A stretch of 54,800 nt of DNA, the filler included, from Catajapyx aquilonaris (lineage: Eukaryota), in the NCBI GenBank assembly GCA_000934665.2. It is 2 parts of 2 records of this genome, joined end to end, with 100 filler letters (N's around TTAATTAATTAA, not from the genome) between each part and the next. Parts side by side here need not be neighbours in the genome. Positions count along the whole stretch, not along the records: positions 27,682 to 54,800 come from JYFJ02005106.1; 1 more part is not named here. One strand, given 5' to 3'. The position numbers and the translations under genes are program-made. The notes beneath the pieces were generated by a model that did not search any database, was not told the DNA's origin, and saw nothing but the letters and a program-made list of their open reading frames with translations. Below are positions 36,780 to 48,914 of this stretch, in pieces (the stretch's first letter is position 1; each line of letters opens with the position of its first letter).

Positions 36780-37506
36780 GCTACATACAAACACTGACGT
36801 GGCCCAATATTCCTGTACCACATCGCCACTCCGAAATGGTTTAATATTGAATTGACCATAATTACTCCGTACGCAGTAGCCTTCTGCCTTCCAAGGCATA
36901 GCAGTCACAGAGTCCCGTACATCAAAGCGCGGAACACTGATTGCATCAGTCAAAGGACACCAGAGAACATTGCAGCAGTTGACCATAACATATAAATAAA
37001 CCACTTGAACTCTATAGGCTTATGCCTGACGGCTGCGGATTATTCGTATAGGGAATTTTTGAATCACATCGAAATCAAAGGACTTCATTCCACTGTCAGT
37101 GTGATGATGTGTTATGTAACTCTCATGCATGCAAGTCACTGCAATGTAAACTATGCTACTCTGGGTACCCTCTACCCTCTGCATTAATATTCTCACATTA
37201 GCCATATACTGTATAATTGGACCAGAAACTACTTATTCAAGGTTGACAATCACGAAAATAATTCGCGATTTGTTGCGATACGACCCCAAAATAAATTATT
37301 GTTGAAGTTTTGATTTTCGTCAAATTTTGCACTTTTCTTTTCCTTTTTTCTCCTTCAATGATACAAGACCATGTAAGTATATGCATGCTCTAGAAACAGT
37401 GACAGTGATACATAAATTGAAATGTGTCCCCCTCGAATTTGATTGCCATAAAATTGCACCTTTTATGCTTTTCAGACATGTTAAGACAAGCAGCAATTAC
37501 CATTAA

Positions 37507-38311
37507 AAATTAGATCAAAAACTTTCCCTTCAATAAAAAAAAATATGTAAGACCTCCGCGGCGGAATGAAAGTACTGAAACAAGGCAGGCGCACGTAAGA
37601 CCTTCACCAATTGATTTAAGCTGTACCATAGGTCTTACTCAAGCAATTACCAATTTACTACTCATGAAGTCTCCTTTCTGAAAACAAATTTGTGGAATTT
37701 CTGTCGTACTACTAGTTACTTCTAACTTAGCAGTATCAGTGTAGTGCAATGGTACTGCTATAAGTTAGCAGTAACTACAGACCTATAGTTAATAGTAATA
37801 ATAGTAGTACGACGAAAATTCCACCCATTAATTTTCCATGAGCCACTCCATATTAGTGTTTTATGACATTAGGAACTTCAATATTAAGCACATTGAATTT
37901 CTATGCGATTAGTGCGAATTATTGCCATGAAACATTCATGCAGAATCGTCACCTCTTTTAGATGCTGATTTTAACTCTAACGTTTAATTTTTCACATATA
38001 AACGTTAATTATTGGTGAATTTTAGAGGGTCTTTTCCGATTGGACCAAGTCTGTTAGGATGGGCTTAGTTTTTCCCCAATTTTTTTCTTTTCATAATAAA
38101 ATCCTACCTACTGCTCTGAGTAGTTTGCAGCAGTCATTTTTACTAGCCGTTCCATACAGTACTTTAGAATTGCTTGAGTAAGACCTATGGTACAGCTTAA
38201 ATCAATTGGTGAAGGTCTTACGTGCGCCTGCCTTGTTTCAGTACCTTCATTCCGCCGCGGAGGTCTTACTTCTCTTTTTTTTACTGAAGGGAAAGTTTTT
38301 GATCTAATTTC
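37507..38311. repeat. ~140-bp inverted repeat pair, probable TIR element
   Basis: 37507-37648 is the reverse complement of 38169-38311 (AAATTAGATCAAAACTTTCCCTTCA...GGTCTTACTCAAGCAATT). Confidence 0.8.
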
Positions 38312-38329
38312 AGTTCTTTTTCGACAGTA

Positions 38330-40480
38330 CACATAACTTATGCTCTACACTATACAGTCTGCACTATGAATGCATTGGAGACGATTTTCGTCGCTTAGAA
38401 GTCCCTAAAATTATTTTCACAGAGATACGTCGTATAGTAAGTCGTAAAAAACGAAAGTCGAGTGCTACCAGCCTACGGTTAGTCTGATTTAATTATTATG
38501 AAATAGCCTATACGCTAAAATATACGGAATATATACATTGAGAACTGTACCAGACGAATTTGCTGAAATCGTGGTATTTTGCAAGAATTCAATCAATACT
38601 TATCTGCGGCTTGCCTCCGTCACATCTGAAAACACCCAACCGTACTTAATTTTCGCGAAATGCGACGATTTCAGCAAATCAGTTCGTCTGGCACGTTACA
38701 ATAAAATACGCAAGTACATGTCTGCAAAACCTGCGTAACTAACGGACAGTATGTCTGTGTTTGCAGGGAAATGCCCAGGACATGTATCTTTTCCTATTCC
38801 TGGACCCGCGGAAACAAAAACTAGACAACTGTCACCAATGTCACTTACGACATTATTCGGGGCAAACCCTTCAATTATCTAGATTGAGAACCGTACCAGA
38901 CGAATTTACTGAAATCGTGGAACTTTCCATGAATTAAATCAATACTATGTGTGGCTTGCCTCCATCACATCTGAAAACTCCCAAACTTATTTAATTTTCG
39001 CGAAATGAAACGATTGCAGCAAATGTTAGTCTGGCACATTTCTCAAGGTAGATATTCCGCATACTGTATAACATAATTTCATAATTAAATCAGCTTAAGA
39101 GTTGACCGGTATTACCTGGCATTGGCGATATAGCAGGGAGCGAACGGGGTGAATAATACAGTTGAATCCGGATACAACAAACTTCAAGAGACTGCGGGAA
39201 AAGTCTGTTATAACCGAGGTCTGTTATAGCCGAATCTTCACGCAACGAAAACATAAATTTCCGCTTTCAATGTGGCTGTACTATGCACTACTAGACTACA
39301 TAGCGATTAAATGAAATCTGTCACAAATGCAATATTGGCTCACCCGAAAATTATGCAGGAGCAAAATATCCGAAATTTCCTTCTGCCGTCTCCTTTTTGC
39401 AAATTTTATACCTGGAAAACAATATTTTCCCACCGAGGGTCCAAGAAATACCTGTTATACCCGAGGTGAGGTGAAAATGAGTCTGTTATATCAGGAGTAA
39501 AATACACAGTGCCTAATGGAAGCATGCCGGGACAGCCTTTATAACCAAGTCTGTTATAGCCGAGGCTGTTGTATCCGGATTCAACTGTAAATCTGTAATA
39601 AGTGCAATGCGTTCACACCAGCGGCAGGGTAACATTCGGCTAATAACAATATGGCGAGATGGTAAATAAGTATTGACGTTTCTAGGTGATAGCGTCGTGA
39701 ACAAATGAATTAATGACAGAAAAAATACGAGGTAAAAAAATCACAGCTCCAATCCTGTAGCAGTGGGAACTGTGAGATTTTGAACATAGATCCGCACCAT
39801 CCCACTGCACCTTCGGCCCTTTGACGAAGAAACCAAATTCCGAATAGTTATTGAGCAAACAAATGAAAACGTATTTTTCAGCGGTCTCGAATTTTTTGCG
39901 GCGTTTTGAAGAGGAATGAAGTAAAAGTGTAAATGGTAGGAAATCAATTCACGATGGTGGGGATCAGTGTTCAAAATTTGGAAGCTCTACCTGCAGCAGA
40001 ACTTGAGTTAGGGCGAATTTAAAAAACCGTAATAACAAGAAGTAGGAAAAATTCATTGTTGAAACGCTATGCTACGGTCTTACTTAAGGGCTACCGCCCT
40101 TAAAATGCAGAATATCTACCCTGAGAAACTTGCCAGACGAATTTGCTGAAATCGTCGAATTTCGCGAAAATTAAATAAGTTTGGGAGTCTTCAAATGTGA
40201 CGGAGGCAAGCTGCAGATAAGTATTGATTGAATTCTTGAAAAGTACCACGATTTCAGCAAATTCGTCTGGTACAGTTCTCAATGTATATATTCCGTATAT
40301 TTTAAAGTATAGGCTATTTCATAATTAAATCAGACTAGCCCTTGGCTGGTAGCACTAGAATTTCGTTTTTAACGACTATATATATCTAGCTGTGAAAATC
40401 AGTTTAGGGACTTCTATGCGAAGAAAATCGCCTCCAATACAATCATAGCGCAGACTGTAGTGCAGAGCATAAGTTACGTG
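38330..40480. repeat. Large inverted duplication with a third direct partial copy
   Basis: 38330-38692 is inverted at ~40130-40480. The ~165-bp core (TTGAGAACTGTACCAGACGAATTTGCTGAAATCG...) recurs directly at 38884-39060. Confidence 0.85.
39159..39587. mobile_element. Tc1/mariner (pogo/Tigger-like) MITE
   Basis: TIRs CAGTTGAATCCGGATACAAC / GTTGTATCCGGATTCAACTG with TA TSD and internal CTGTTATA(A/G)CCGA repeats. Confidence 0.85.
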
Positions 40481-40691
40481 TTAGTATGATCAAGAGCTAA
40501 TAACTGAGAGCCTCCGAGTGCCCTATCCCTGCCGTATAGCTGGGTTCCTCATCCTCTCCGCGGAACTGGCGACTCCGCAGACGGGCACGGCCAAATGTAT
40601 GCAGCTAATTTACACGGGAGGGAATATCCCGTCTGTCGTCATCAGGGTACAGTCCCCCACACCCCACCCGAACCACGTCCACCACGAGGAA

Positions 40692-42572
40692 ATGACATGA
40701 ACTCTCTATGCCAAATAGACTTGATTGACATGCAGTCAGAACCAGATGGGGAATATCGGTTCATATTGAATTACCAAGATCATTTAACTAAATTTACTGT
40801 TCTTCGTCCATTGAAAACCAAAACTGCTGAGGAAGTGGCTTATCAAGTACTGGACATCTTTTGTATTTTTGGTGCTCCACTTATACTTCAGAGCGACAAC
40901 AGACGAGAGTTTGCAAATAAAGTAACTTAATAAAGAATTTGGCTGAAATGTGGCCTGGATTGAAGCTTGTTCATGGAAAGCCTTGGCATTCCCAAAGCCA
41001 GGGATCGGTCGAGAGATCAAACCAAGATGTTAGGGACATGCTGGTAGCGTGGATGGCTGACAACAGCATCCAGAAGGGGTCAGAAGGACTTCGTTTTATT
41101 CAGAGCAAGAAGAACCGAGCTTTGCACGCAGGAATTAAGACCAGCCCGTATGAAGCTATGTTTGGAACTGCACAATGGATCGGATTTGCAGATTCTCCTT
41201 TCCACAAGGACGTCTACACTTCAATAGAAACTGAAGAGGAATTAGAAGAGCTCTTTACATCACAAATTATCAGATACAACCAGATGAAGAAGAAGCTGAC
41301 AACATTCAGAGCAGAAGAGATGAAGCTGAAGCCAACACTGAGTGTCAAAGTGAAGCAACTGAGAAAGTGTCTGAAAAACCAGTGTACTGTGCGGTTTGTG
41401 AGAAATAGTCTTCTGGTGCTCACAAGTGTTTTGTATGTGATCAATATGTTCACATTATCTGTGGAAAATGCACAGAAGAAAATGAGGGGTTTGGACAGAA
41501 AATCACTTGCAACCTGGAAAGAGAGTATAAAAAGTAAGCGTCAAGGTGCAAGATTCAATCAGAAAAAACAAGCTGAGCAAATGATTTCTCTGTCCAACTC
41601 AAGGCTTTCCCCTGTCGACATAGGGAGAAACGTCGTGGTTAGGGTACCTGAAGTCGATCGAGGACGTTTGGCTCCTAGGAATGTGTTAGCGGTTGTTGTC
41701 GACGTTAATGAATCTAGGCTCTACCAATTGGGCACGAAAGAAGGCAGTTTAGAGAGGCTGTATGCTCGCAATGAGTTCACACCTGCTGATTCCAATTTTA
41801 TAGATCTGAACGAAGTTCCTTCCACCAGTTCTGTATCTCTTCGATCGGCTTCAGCTCTAAGTTCAGGTAGTAAGCAGGGATTCATAAGTTGCAGTTGCAA
41901 AAAGTACTGCACTGATAAGACATGTAAATGTCGATCAAGCAATATTAAGTGCAATTCTAAGTGTCATCCGAAAAGTGCCTGCAAAAACAAATAGACTAAT
42001 AATTGAAGGATAGGAGTTCTTGGAAATGATGTACTAGTAATAATGGTATCAAATATTTGGAGGTAACACCGTTCTTGGAAATGATGTACTAGTAATAATG
42101 GTAATAAATATTTGGAGGTAATAGTTCCTGGAAAATAAACAGCAGCATCAAATGTTAAGTATTTCAACCATTTGCCAAACAACAATAGGGTGATTTTTTT
42201 TCCACGAGCTTCTACATGGCACAGTGGGAAATAGGAAACTGCCACAACGAGTTATGGACGTCTTCTAAACCAGCCATCCCGACACGAAATTGGCGTCCTG
42301 ACGTGTAAGTTTCGCCCAGGAAAGCTTTCTGGCCTTAAAAAGAGCATTTCGGGCTCTGGCCGTTTCATTAAACCGTCCATTCTGCAGAATGGATGGTTTG
42401 AGAAAGGAGCATTCTGCTGAATGGAGGGTTTGAGAAAGGAGGATTCTGCAGAATGGACGGTTTAAAACTGTTTAAAACATCCATTCTGCAGAATGGATGG
42501 TTTGGCACAGATCATTCTGCAGAATGGACGGTTTTTTCGCGCAATGGCCGTTTTCGGGGTTTGAGCCTAACA
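40692..42572 (+). mobile_element. Decayed 5'-truncated Ginger2-type (KRBA2/SCAND3-like) DDE integrase transposon
   Basis: CQIDLIDMQ..DGEYRFILNYQDHLTKF, FGAPLILQSDN, HSQSQGSVER and C-terminal CSCKKYC..CKC..CNSKCH. In-frame stop at 40928-30 and frameshifts near 41270-41510. Subterminal repeats are followed by a candidate ...TAACA end at 42572. Confidence 0.85.
42370..42532. repeat. ~29-bp repeats with palindromic core CCATTCTGCAGAATGG
   Basis: Five or more copies; probably subterminal repeats of the Ginger element. Confidence 0.8.
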
Positions 42573-42760
42573 CATATACTGATGTGATACCTGGTAGAGC
42601 TTTATTATTTCCGGTAAGTATATCACATGGCCTGACACGATATGAACACACTCCAGGAATCAGCGACATGGACACTAATCGTCACTCACACATGCATGTA
42701 CGTGTCTACTTAGGAAATGCTGCATCCACAACACTACAGATAATAATGCACAGCACTACA

Positions 42761-42794
42761 TATAAGTACAAACAGTGTGCAATACTCTTCATTC
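42761..42794 (+). promoter_or_regulatory. TATA + initiator core promoter of copy B
   Basis: TATAAG at 42761 lies 30 bp before the A (42791) of TCATTC, matching the arthropod Inr consensus TCAKTY and sitting 31 nt upstream of the ATG. Related motifs occur in copies A, D and E. Confidence 0.65.
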
Positions 42795-42821
42795 CCATTT
42801 TGGAACTACTAGAGAGCAACG

Positions 42822-43658
42822 ATGATCTTCATAGCCACCCTTCTCCTTCTCTTGGCCTTTGCAGCAGCCGAAAAGGTACGTTCATTCAAGTGATTGTTGA
42901 AATATGTTCCATCATATTTCTTCTCATTATTCAGCCTTCTCACTGCCGACACCCTGATGAACTAGACGAGAGTGTGGGAGGAGAACTGGAAGCAGCGAAA
43001 AGGACCTGCCAGGATCAAGAGGATGAGGTTTGATTTTGACTGCATCACAATTTCTACAAACTGAACAAGAATATGTTGGACTAATATGATACCATGCTCA
43101 TCTTATCTTTTCAGTGTGAACGTTCAAGATGCCAATTAGAGCTGCTACACCTGGTATGTGTGTGCAGTGGGGGGAGGGGCGGGGTGTAGTTAACAAATGA
43201 TCATTACAGTTGTATTAGTTGTCAGTAATGCTATTTACTCTGTTGCGGAACATAGCTTGATGACAATGGAAACATAAAACCACAGGCGATGGCTGACTTA
43301 TTTCTGCCCGAAGAAGGATACGAAGAGACCAAGGAGTTCTTCGTCGAAACTTTTAACCACTGCGTAGAAACAGGTCTGTAGGCTACTCGACCATTGAACA
43401 ATGCACACAGGAATATGTTATAAAGGAGAAAATTACTCGTCATTGCTTTACTTCAGATGAAGGTGGTGATGTACCGGGGTTACCTGAGGGATGTAACTTC
43501 TTGAAACCTCTAGCATGCACAATAGGAAATTTTTTCCGTGTAAGACTTGCTGTAAAATTCTTGTGATATTATTTCCAACTGAATGGAACTAATTTAATTG
43601 CCTGCTCATATACATTTATTAATGCTCCTCGCATTTGTTGCAGGAATGCGGATTGTAA
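42822..43658 (+). CDS. 8-Cys secreted OBP-like family, copy B (intact, 133 aa)
   Basis: Exons 42822-42875, 42935-43027, 43115-43153, 43256-43373, 43457-43539 and 43644-43658. Product: MIFIATLLLLLAFAAAEKPSHCRHPDELDESVGGELEAAKRTCQDQEDECERSRCQLELLHLLDDNGNIKPQAMADLFLPEEGYEETKEFFVETFNHCVETDEGGDVPGLPEGCNFLKPLACTIGNFFRECGL*. Confidence 0.9.
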
Positions 43659-44084
43659 TAGACAGATGACTCTATACATATCGATAATGGACATGGATTG
43701 CGACAAAGAGAGTTTGAAATTTTCAATTATTGTCAAATATAGGCCTACATAAAGTTGGCCTACTGATGTATATCCTTAATTTCGCTCTTGTATTTTGCGA
43801 AGTGAAAATAAATTAAATGATTATGAAAATTGCCTTGGGACGCCTATGTATAGGCCTATACGAGCTCGCATATAGAACCATCAGTATTGTAAATGGGTCG
43901 GGCCAGCTTCATCTTCATGGACATCATGAGTATGAATTTTGAGCCCAAAGTGTTGGTGTTGACGTGAAGTTGGCACCGCCATTCTTAGCATGTGGATATC
44001 TCGGGAACTAAGCGAGGTGATTACGTTGGAAATCTCAAAAAAAGCTCATAAATATGGGCACGTTTGCAATTTTTGAGCTGAAAG

Positions 44085-44353
44085 TGGCGGTGCTATCTTC
44101 ACGGAGCTCCAAGAGGGAGGTCCGGCGTTCAAATCCCGTCCCCGTCACCTTCCGATTTTCACCCGACATGTCCGGGCAGACTTTCGCACTAGGCTACCTT
44201 CTCTGCCCAGGCCCAAGCGAAACTGTATGGCATTTAAGAGGGTCTGAAATGAATAAGCGCCCTCCCTCGGGAACCTCCCCATCCTTCCTATAAGACGGCC
44301 CCTGGCCCTATCACGAGGTATTTAAAACAAACAAACAAACAAACAAACAAACA
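44085..44353 (+). mobile_element. tRNA-derived SINE with (AAAC)n tail
   Basis: B-box GTTCAAATCCCG near 44127, body, then a TTTAAAAC(AAAC)n tail. Confidence 0.7.
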
Positions 44354-44508
44354 ATACTAATCAAAAGACAAGAACATCCATCCAGAGTGCTGTCACTTTA
44401 GGCATTTATTGTCATTCAATCATATATACAAATTAAGTGGACGTACTCTTCACAATAGTCAAGTTCAAATTGTCAGTGTCGTTATCCATCATCGTGCCAG
44501 ATTGGCAA

Positions 44509-45404
44509 TTACAGCAGCCTGCATTCCTGCAAAGCAATAAATATGCAGCGTATTAACCGTCCATATGCTAAAATATACCTAGATCAACATAATTTCGCAA
44601 AATATCGTTACCATCTGAAATGTAGACAATGCGCAGCGTATGGGCCTCTCAAAATCACATGCATCCGAGGAATTACACTGTAGTCCAACTGTAGTAATAA
44701 TGAGCAATTATTTCTGAACCCAGAACTACATTCCATATTGCAATGTACGTATAGTAAAAAACTAACGATGTTCCATGCAGTCTATTAATGTTCCGACGAT
44801 GAAATCCTTGGTCTCTTCGTATCCTCTGGGCGGAAGTAGGTCTACAAAAGCTTCTGGTAGCAAGTTTCCATCATCGTCAATCTATACGTACCCCCACCAC
44901 CACAATTAAAACATCACTCTCAAACGTAACAATAGTGATGACACCCAACTGGGCATATACCCTACATACCACATCTAGATCCTCGAACAAGCATCTTGAA
45001 ACATCACACTGGAAAGACAGACGGAAGAACGGAACATGGTGCCATTGTTAGTCCAATAATTATGACAACTTGTTGTGTTATTGTCATTCAAGTGCAGGCC
45101 TGTGCAGGCTGCACTTGAGTCAAATGCAAAATGGTCTCTATATGTTTTTGAGCGATATAGTACTGTACATAGACTACCCCCTATACCTCATTCCCTTGAT
45201 CTCGGCAGACCAAAAATGCTACTTGAATCTGTCCTTGCGTGCTTTCAGGGATGTCATCAGGGTGTCGGAAATAATCGGGCTGAATAAACTATCTAGAGAA
45301 GATAAACGTGACAAAACCTTCCTCAACAATGACTTGAATCGACTCACCTCGTCTTGGGCTGCTGCAAAGGCCAAGAGAAGGACAAGGGTGGCTTCAACAC
45401 ACAC
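44509..45404 (-). pseudogene. 8-Cys secreted OBP-like family, copy C (start codon and core promoter deleted, Cys1 to Phe)
   Basis: Exons ~45404-45348 (ATLVLLLAFAAAQDE, no in-frame ATG), 45279-45187, 45008-44970 (CDVSRCLFEDLDV), 44881-44767, 44688-44612 and 44526-44509 (ECRLL*). Confidence 0.75.
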
Positions 45405-45686
45405 ACATGTGAGTGGCGATTAATGCTCAGGTGAAAAAAGCGATCATAATTTTTCAACTTCTTAGTAATGAATACTAAAGATTCTGATGGGGACTATAGG
45501 AAGTGTCATATATAGACTAACAACCCCCGTAAATAATTACCGGAATCTTAATGACTGATTTAATTTATTTCCATTTCGCCAAAATACAAGAATGAAATTA
45601 AGGACATACAAATTTGACAGTTGAAAATATCAAACTCTCCACGTCGCAATCCATCATCATTACCGATGTACAGAGTCATCTGGAAA

Positions 45687-46554
45687 TTATAACGGTCCGC
45701 ATTCCTGTAACATTGAAAATATAAGGAGCGTTAATTAGTATAACTGTATAAGGACTATAAGCCATCAAGTTAAATAAGTTTTATTCAGTTGAAAATAAAA
45801 ATTTCACAAGTGAGTGGCCTACATACCTTCCTGATTATTCTGGATGTGCATCCAAGAGGTTTAGCGAAATCGCATCCCTCCATAAAACCACCTTCACCTG
45901 GAGTATTCAAAAATGAGTAATTGTCACTCATTTATAACACACTAGTGCGTACGTATAGTGCATGTGAAATAGTACAAACAAACCTGTTTCTAAGCAGTGG
46001 AGAAGCGTTTCGGCGAGGAACTCCTTGGCTTCATCGTATCCTTCTTCAGGCAGAAATAAGTCCGCCATCTCCTGTGCTTTCAAGTTTCCATCATCATCAA
46101 CCTATACACACCGCACCGCAAAATAATTACTCTCAAATTAAACAATCGGCATTTGTTCACTACCCCACACTACACCATACATACCAGACCTAGCATCTCG
46201 AACACGCATCTTGTAACTTCACACTGAAAAGGCAGGATGAATATACGAGTCCAACATGCACTTGTTCAGTTCGCAAAAATATATTGTGATGCAGGCAATG
46301 AAGAGTCAGTATATTTTTATAACTCAAAATCAAACTAACCTGATTCTCTTGATACTGGCAGGCCATATACGCTGCTTGCATCTCTCCTCGCACACTATCG
46401 GGGACATCATCAAGGTGTTGGCAGCGAGCAGGCTGAATGACGAGAAGAAAAACTAAACATTGGTTTCCAATGACACTTTGAATCGACTCACCAGCACATC
46501 TCTGGCTGCTGCAAAGGTCGACAAGAGGAGGACAAGGGTGGCTGCGAAGATCAT
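45687..46554 (-). CDS. 8-Cys secreted OBP-like family, copy D (intact, 133 aa)
   Basis: Exons 46554-46492, 46432-46340, 46223-46185, 46101-45984, 45897-45827 and 45704-45687. Product: MIFAATLVLLLSTFAAARDVLPARCQHLDDVPDSVRGEMQAAYMACQYQENQCEVTRCVFEMLGLVDDDGNLKAQEMADLFLPEEGYDEAKEFLAETLLHCLETGEGGFMEGCDFAKPLGCTSRIIRKECGPL*. Confidence 0.9.
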
Positions 46555-47095
46555 TGTTGCTCTTTGTTGTTCCAAAATGGGAATGTCGATATTGGGCTAT
46601 GGAGTAGAGTTTTTATGTAGTGTGGATTATCTTTGGGGATGTGGAGCAGCTTTTCCTACATGATTGTATGAGTGACGATTAGTGTTCATGTCGCTGCTTC
46701 CTGGAGTGTGATCATATTATAATTATCTGGTAAAAACAACATGCTCATCATCATAATTTGAAGATTTATTTTACAGCACCGATTAGTTTGACTAGAGCGG
46801 ATATAGTGCATATCCCAGGGCGATAATTGTTGTTAAAGCAACAGACAAGATGTCATTAAATTTTGCAGTTTTATTGTGTCAAATTGGTTCAAACATTAGG
46901 AATTCTTTACATTGAAGATTGTTGGTGCGAAGACACCATATTGTTGATATATTCTAGAAAAATCTTGTTGTAGAGTGTGTTGTTGCATTTAGGACATGTT
47001 GACAACATTTCATCAGTTGCAGTTATACAATGACAGAAACTCATCAGGTGTTTAGAATACACAAACATGAAACAGCTTGTGTCATATTCTCTACT

Positions 47096-48266
47096 TCAGG
47101 AATTCGAATATTGAACATTTTTGCCATCTTTGCGTGAGCACATGTTTGCACCCAACCAGTATCCAAGCTCAAAGGTGAACACCAGTGTTGCGAGAGATTA
47201 TCCGGTGACCCAGAAAAGAAACACGATGAGAAGGTTTCCTGATTTGACGACGTCTTTCACGTCATCGTTCTTCACGATGCCTTCTTCGCGCATTATTCTG
47301 AGATTGGTCCAGAAATCCTGGAAGCTGTCTTCTATCTTCCATTCCTCGTGGATGCCACTCTCCCACAACATCGCTTGAAACTTGAGGACTCTTGGTATCT
47401 CAACATTACCTTTGTTGTAGACAAGATTTGCATACATGTCGTACGCATGTTCAGGAGCCACTTTCAAGGTTGGATCTCCATTTTCATCTCTCATTTTGCC
47501 TTCGTCTCGGTGAATAAAGTAGTCGTACACCAGACAGGCTTTTCCTGGAGTGTCCACCACCAGTGCCATACAGTCCATGGAACTGGAAATAATATTGATG
47601 ATTGGTTGATGAGACTCTCGTAGGTTGTGTTGGCGTTGACTTGTTTGACGACCACCAAGTTTAAGTAGGGGACCAGGGTCTCGTACCGGCTCCTTGGACC
47701 AGATCACCATGTCTTGGGCAGTTCCTCCTTGGACAACACGGTCAAGAAGGCCAGCAGTTTGGTGACGTATCCGCAGGAGACGATAATGGCCATGAGCCTC
47801 ATCGTCCCTTCGAACTCACGAGAGGCTGTGAGTGGGGAAAGGTCGTGAGGCTGACCGATGGGCATCTTGAATAGAGACGCCGTCGCTGATCCCAGGCTGA
47901 TCTGCACCCCTGATCGACAGATGATCATCCACATGGCCACTCCTGAGATGACCCAGGTCACCAGGATCAAAGCCCACAGTGGAGGATCAAAAGGGTGGAT
48001 CAGCGTGCTCCAAGGGATGACCGCCCTTGGCAAGGCAGTGACGAAGGTCATGTAGAACTGGATCACACATGGAGAAAATAGCGCGTACCGGGGGACCTGG
48101 TCAGACATAATGTACACAATTCCAGCATGAACTTCTCCGGAGAGGATGAATCCAACTGTCCCCGTCCAGGTTCCGTTTGAACGCCTCTTGTCTTGTTCAT
48201 TCAAAGTATTTCATACGATCATACCCCGAGCAACGCCGGGTATCCTGCTAGTAAAGCTTATATAAC

Positions 48267-48339
<73 letters not shown>

Positions 48340-48914
48340 CATTACCTGCTTATGATCTTGTACCGGATCCCTCTGGCTGGACGGTCTAGTAGAAGATCCT
48401 TGTTCTGATCCGTCGTGTTTCGAAAGTGCAACACGAAGTGGTCGTACAGACTCCGGACCTGGACAGTCCCGACCAGTTGAAGCAGCTGGTCAGGCAAGGT
48501 AGATGGACTGTTGGACACCAAGAGGTGCAGGACACACTTGTCTCCGAGGTTCACCTGGGACATCATGTCTGGAGGCATGGTGGTGAAGGAATGCATCTGC
48601 TCAGGACCAGTGATTCCGAGGTACTCGCTCCATGGTTTTGGTTGAAACGCGTTGGCTTTTCCTGCACCGAGTGTGACCGTCGTGTGGTACCCTCCGTTCC
48701 TTTCTGCCACCAGTTCGGACAGAGGACGACTCGTGCTGTCCTCTCCTTCGCCCAAGGACAGCACCAACGAGCAGTCCTGAAACTGATGGTTCTCCAGCAG
48801 ATCCAGGACCATCCTGGACAACAGCTGGTCCTCCTCATCATCCTCACGCAGATTCACCCTGCCTCCCTGACAGTCCTGCAGGACAAGAAGCATCAGCAGA
48901 CTGTAAGCCAGCAT
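47096..48914 (-). pseudogene. Divergent ionotropic receptor pseudogene, paralog of the IR at 34507-36526
   Basis: Shared N-terminal motif QMHSFTTMPP..CVLHL; NGTWTGTVG, LIHPFDPPLWAL and GYVTKLLAFLT. Lesions: roughly 100 codons replaced by (TC)n plus a TE-like fragment (48205-48345), stop at 47704-06, frameshift near 47590, premature TAA in M4 (47198-200). The original stop is at 47096-98. Confidence 0.85.
48270..48335. repeat. (GA)n microsatellite
   Basis: About 33 GA units. Confidence 0.99.

Noticed and set aside
40518..40690. Hammerhead ribozyme suggested by CTGATGA on the minus strand
   Set aside because: No correctly placed GAAA or supporting stems were found.
42497..43033. 178-aa ORF and similar ORFs at 30379-30588 and 50369-50656
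   Set aside because: These are read-throughs of promoter, exon 1 (wrong frame), intron 1 and exon 2 of the spliced genes.
48245..48345. GT-(TC)n-CAG intron rescuing IR2
   Set aside because: Splicing leads to a stop within ~11 codons, about 100 codons are missing relative to IR1, and further stops lie downstream.
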